From the NCBI RefSeq assembly GCF_003790525.1, contig NZ_CP033635.1: a DNA stretch of 64,000 nt, one strand, 5' to 3'. Position numbers and translations under genes: made by a program. Of this stretch, positions 61,966-64,000 are shown one piece after another. The notes beneath the pieces are model-generated. The model was given only the letters and a program-made list of their open reading frames with translations. It had not been told where the DNA came from and made no database searches. Source of the stretch: Escherichia coli (GTDB lineage Bacteria; Pseudomonadota; Gammaproteobacteria; Enterobacterales; Enterobacteriaceae). Numbering within the stretch: position 1 is the first letter of the stretch; each line of letters starts with the position of its first letter.

Positions 61966-62490
61966 GTGTTGGATAAACTGCGTTCCCGTATTGTGCATTT
62001 GGGGCCATCTCTGTTGAGTGTACCGGTAAAACTGACGCCATTTGCGCTAAAACGCCAGGTTCTTGAGCAGGTCTTAAGCTGGCAATTCCGCCAGGCGTTG
62101 GATGATGGCGAGCTGGAGTTTCTTGAAGGCCGCTGGTTAAGTATTCATGTGCGTGATATTGACCTGCAATGGTTTACCTCGGTGGTGAATGGCAAACTGG
62201 TCGTTAGCCAGAACGCGCAAGCTGATGTGAGTTTTAGTGCCGACGCCAGCGATCTGCTGATGATTGCGGCGCGTAAACAAGATCCGGATACGCTCTTCTT
62301 CCAACGTCGGCTGGTGATTGAAGGCGATACGGAGCTGGGGTTATATGTGAAAAACCTGATGGACGCCATTGAACTGGAGCAAATGCCGAAAGCCTTACGC
62401 ATGATGCTGCTGCAACTGGCGGATTTTGTTGAGGCGGGAATGAAAACCGCGCCTGAAACCAAACAGACATCGGTAGGTGAACCATGCTAA
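61966..62490 (+). CDS. ubiT: SCP2-domain ubiquinone biosynthesis accessory protein (probable GTG start)
   Basis: ORF contains (V)LDKLRSRIVHLGPSLLSVPVKLTPFALKRQVLEQVLSWQF..., 174 aa (formerly yhbT). Confidence 0.85.
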   Translation: MLDKLRSRIVHLGPSLLSVPVKLTPFALKRQVLEQVLSWQFRQALDDGELEFLEGRWLSIHVRDIDLQWFTSVVNGKLVVSQNAQADVSFSADASDLLMIAARKQDPDTLFFQRRLVIEGDTELGLYVKNLMDAIELEQMPKALRMMLLQLADFVEAGMKTAPETKQTSVGEPC

Positions 62491-62987
62491 TTCGAGTAGA
62501 AATTCCCATTGATGCGCCGGGTATTGATGCCCTGCTGCGTCGTTCATTCGAAAGTGATGCGGAAGCGAAGCTGGTTCACGATCTGCGTGAAGATGGCTTT
62601 CTGACGCTGGGGCTGGTGGCGACAGATGACGAAGGTCAGGTCATTGGCTATGTGGCATTTAGTCCGGTTGATGTGCAGGGCGAAGACCTGCAATGGGTCG
62701 GCATGGCACCGCTGGCGGTAGATGAAAAATACCGTGGACAGGGGCTGGCACGCCAACTGGTCTATGAAGGACTCGATTCGCTTAATGAGTTCGGCTATGC
62801 CGCAGTGGTGACGCTGGGCGATCCGGCGCTGTACAGCCGTTTCGGCTTTGAACTGGCGGCACATCACGATCTGCGTTGCCGCTGGCCGGGCACTGAAAGT
62901 GCCTTCCAGGTACATCGTTTAGCGGATGACGCGCTGAACGGTGTAACTGGTCTGGTTGAGTATCACGAGCACTTCAATCGCTTTTAA
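62484..62987 (+). CDS. yhbS: GNAT-family N-acetyltransferase YhbS
   Basis: 167-aa [41 protein letters not shown]... Confidence 0.9.
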   Translation: MLIRVEIPIDAPGIDALLRRSFESDAEAKLVHDLREDGFLTLGLVATDDEGQVIGYVAFSPVDVQGEDLQWVGMAPLAVDEKYRGQGLARQLVYEGLDSLNEFGYAAVVTLGDPALYSRFGFELAAHHDLRCRWPGTESAFQVHRLADDALNGVTGLVEYHEHFNRF

Positions 62988-63276
62988 TCTTTGGGGTTTG
63001 CAGGCTGCTCAACAGTTCTGCAAACCCTGCGCCTTCCGCTACCAGACGCTCTTTTTGCCGTTTGGTCAGTTGCTTAACGCGATATTCCGCCCGTAGTGCC
63101 AGCGAACGATCGCCCACTGGCGCGGAAAACGCCAGCGTCAGTTCTCCTTTCCCGCGCAGTGCTTTCGCCCCTTTGCCGCTTTGGTGCTGCTGATAGCGGC
63201 GTTCGACATCTGTGGTGATCCCGGTATAAAGCTTATTGTCGGCGGTACGGATCAAGTAAAGAAACCAGGGTGTCAT
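62974..63276 (-). CDS. yhbQ: GIY-YIG nuclease-superfamily protein YhbQ
   Basis: 100-aa [43 protein letters not shown]... Confidence 0.9.
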   Translation of the reverse strand: MTPWFLYLIRTADNKLYTGITTDVERRYQQHQSGKGAKALRGKGELTLAFSAPVGDRSLALRAEYRVKQLTKRQKERLVAEGAGFAELLSSLQTPKIKSD

Positions 63277-63326
63277 CGTCTGCGTCGCATGTTAAGGTCA
63301 GGCCCACAGTATAAAAGAGAACAGCA

Positions 63327-63770
63327 ATGGAAACACTCACCGCCATCAGCCGTTGGCTGGCAAAACAACATGTTGTCACCTGGTGTGTGCAGCAGGAAGG
63401 GGAACTGTGGTGCGCTAATGCCTTTTATCTTTTTGATGCGCAGAAAGTCGCCTTCTACATTTTGACGGAAGAAAAAACGCGCCACGCGCAGATGAGTGGG
63501 CCGCAGGCGGCAGTTGCCGGAACGGTAAACGGTCAGCCGAAAACGGTAGCGTTAATTCGCGGCGTGCAATTTAAAGGCGAGATCCGCAGGCTTGAAGGTG
63601 AGGAAAGCGAGCGTGCGCGCCAGGCGTACAATCGTCGCTTTCCGGTTGCCAGAATGCTGTCGGCACCGGTGTGGGAAATCCGGCTTGATGAAATCAAATT
63701 CACCGACAACACGCTGGGCTTTGGTAAAAAAATGATCTGGCTACGTAACTCAGGCACCGAGCAGGCGTAA
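63327..63770 (+). CDS. yhbP: pyridoxamine-5'-phosphate-oxidase-like protein YhbP
   Basis: 147-aa [40 protein letters not shown]... Confidence 0.88.
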   Translation: METLTAISRWLAKQHVVTWCVQQEGELWCANAFYLFDAQKVAFYILTEEKTRHAQMSGPQAAVAGTVNGQPKTVALIRGVQFKGEIRRLEGEESERARQAYNRRFPVARMLSAPVWEIRLDEIKFTDNTLGFGKKMIWLRNSGTEQA

Positions 63771-64000
63771 TGCCTCGCGGTTAAACGCTGGCAGATCGTC
63801 CGGTGTACGGCTGGTAACCAGCTGATCTTTATCGACCACCACTTCCTGATCGTAAAATTCCGCGCCCGCGTTTTTAACATCAATAATGATCGGTTTAACG
63901 GCAGTCAGTTTGCGCCCCCGAATCACATCGGCGCTGATCAGCAGCTGCGGACCGTGACAGATGGCGAAAACAGGTTTGCCGCTATTCACAAAATCGCGGG
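63750..64000 (-). CDS. yhbO: DJ-1/PfpI-family stress protein YhbO, 3' portion only (gene continues past window end)
   Basis: Reverse frame reads ...[74 protein letters not shown]; the track's Met at 63989 is internal. Confidence 0.85.
   Translation of the reverse strand, partial: RDFVNSGKPVFAICHGPQLLISADVIRGRKLTAVKPIIIDVKNAGAEFYDQEVVVDKDQLVTSRTPDDLPAFNREALRLLGA

Overview
Enterobacterial (Escherichia coli-type) chromosomal window, almost entirely conserved core genome in reverse orientation relative to the K-12 map. Gene order, left to right: gltD-gltB (minus strand), yhcC, arcB with sRNA arcZ, elbB-mtgA, yrbL, the npr-rapZ-ptsN-hpf-rpoN-lptB-lptA-lptC-kdsC-kdsD-yrbG block (minus strand), mlaFEDCB-ibaG-murA, sfsB, ispB, rplU-rpmA, yhbE, obgE, dacB, greA, yhbY, rlmE-ftsH-folP-glmM, secG-leuU(tRNA-Leu), yhbX, argG, metY(tRNA-fMet)-rimP-nusA-infB-rbfA-truB, rpsO, pnp, nlpI, deaD, mtr, yhbW, ubiV-ubiU, ubiT, yhbS, yhbQ, yhbP and the 3' end of yhbO. 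Gene calls rest on recognising the translated ORF-track proteins; no database search was possible. The one region that does not fit the core map is the left end (1..2768). Directly downstream of gltD, where I remember K-12 carrying gltF, there is a GC-rich two-gene minus-strand module: a 440-aa SWIM zinc-finger protein, then a translationally coupled Leu/Ala-rich ORF that runs off the window edge and is absent from the ORF track. This is the best candidate for an undescribed system, but only two genes are visible, the second is truncated, and its function is unknown. No CRISPR array, IS element, integrase or prophage was found. Coordinates of hand-located sites (hairpins, boxes, tRNA ends) are good to about +/-2 nt.
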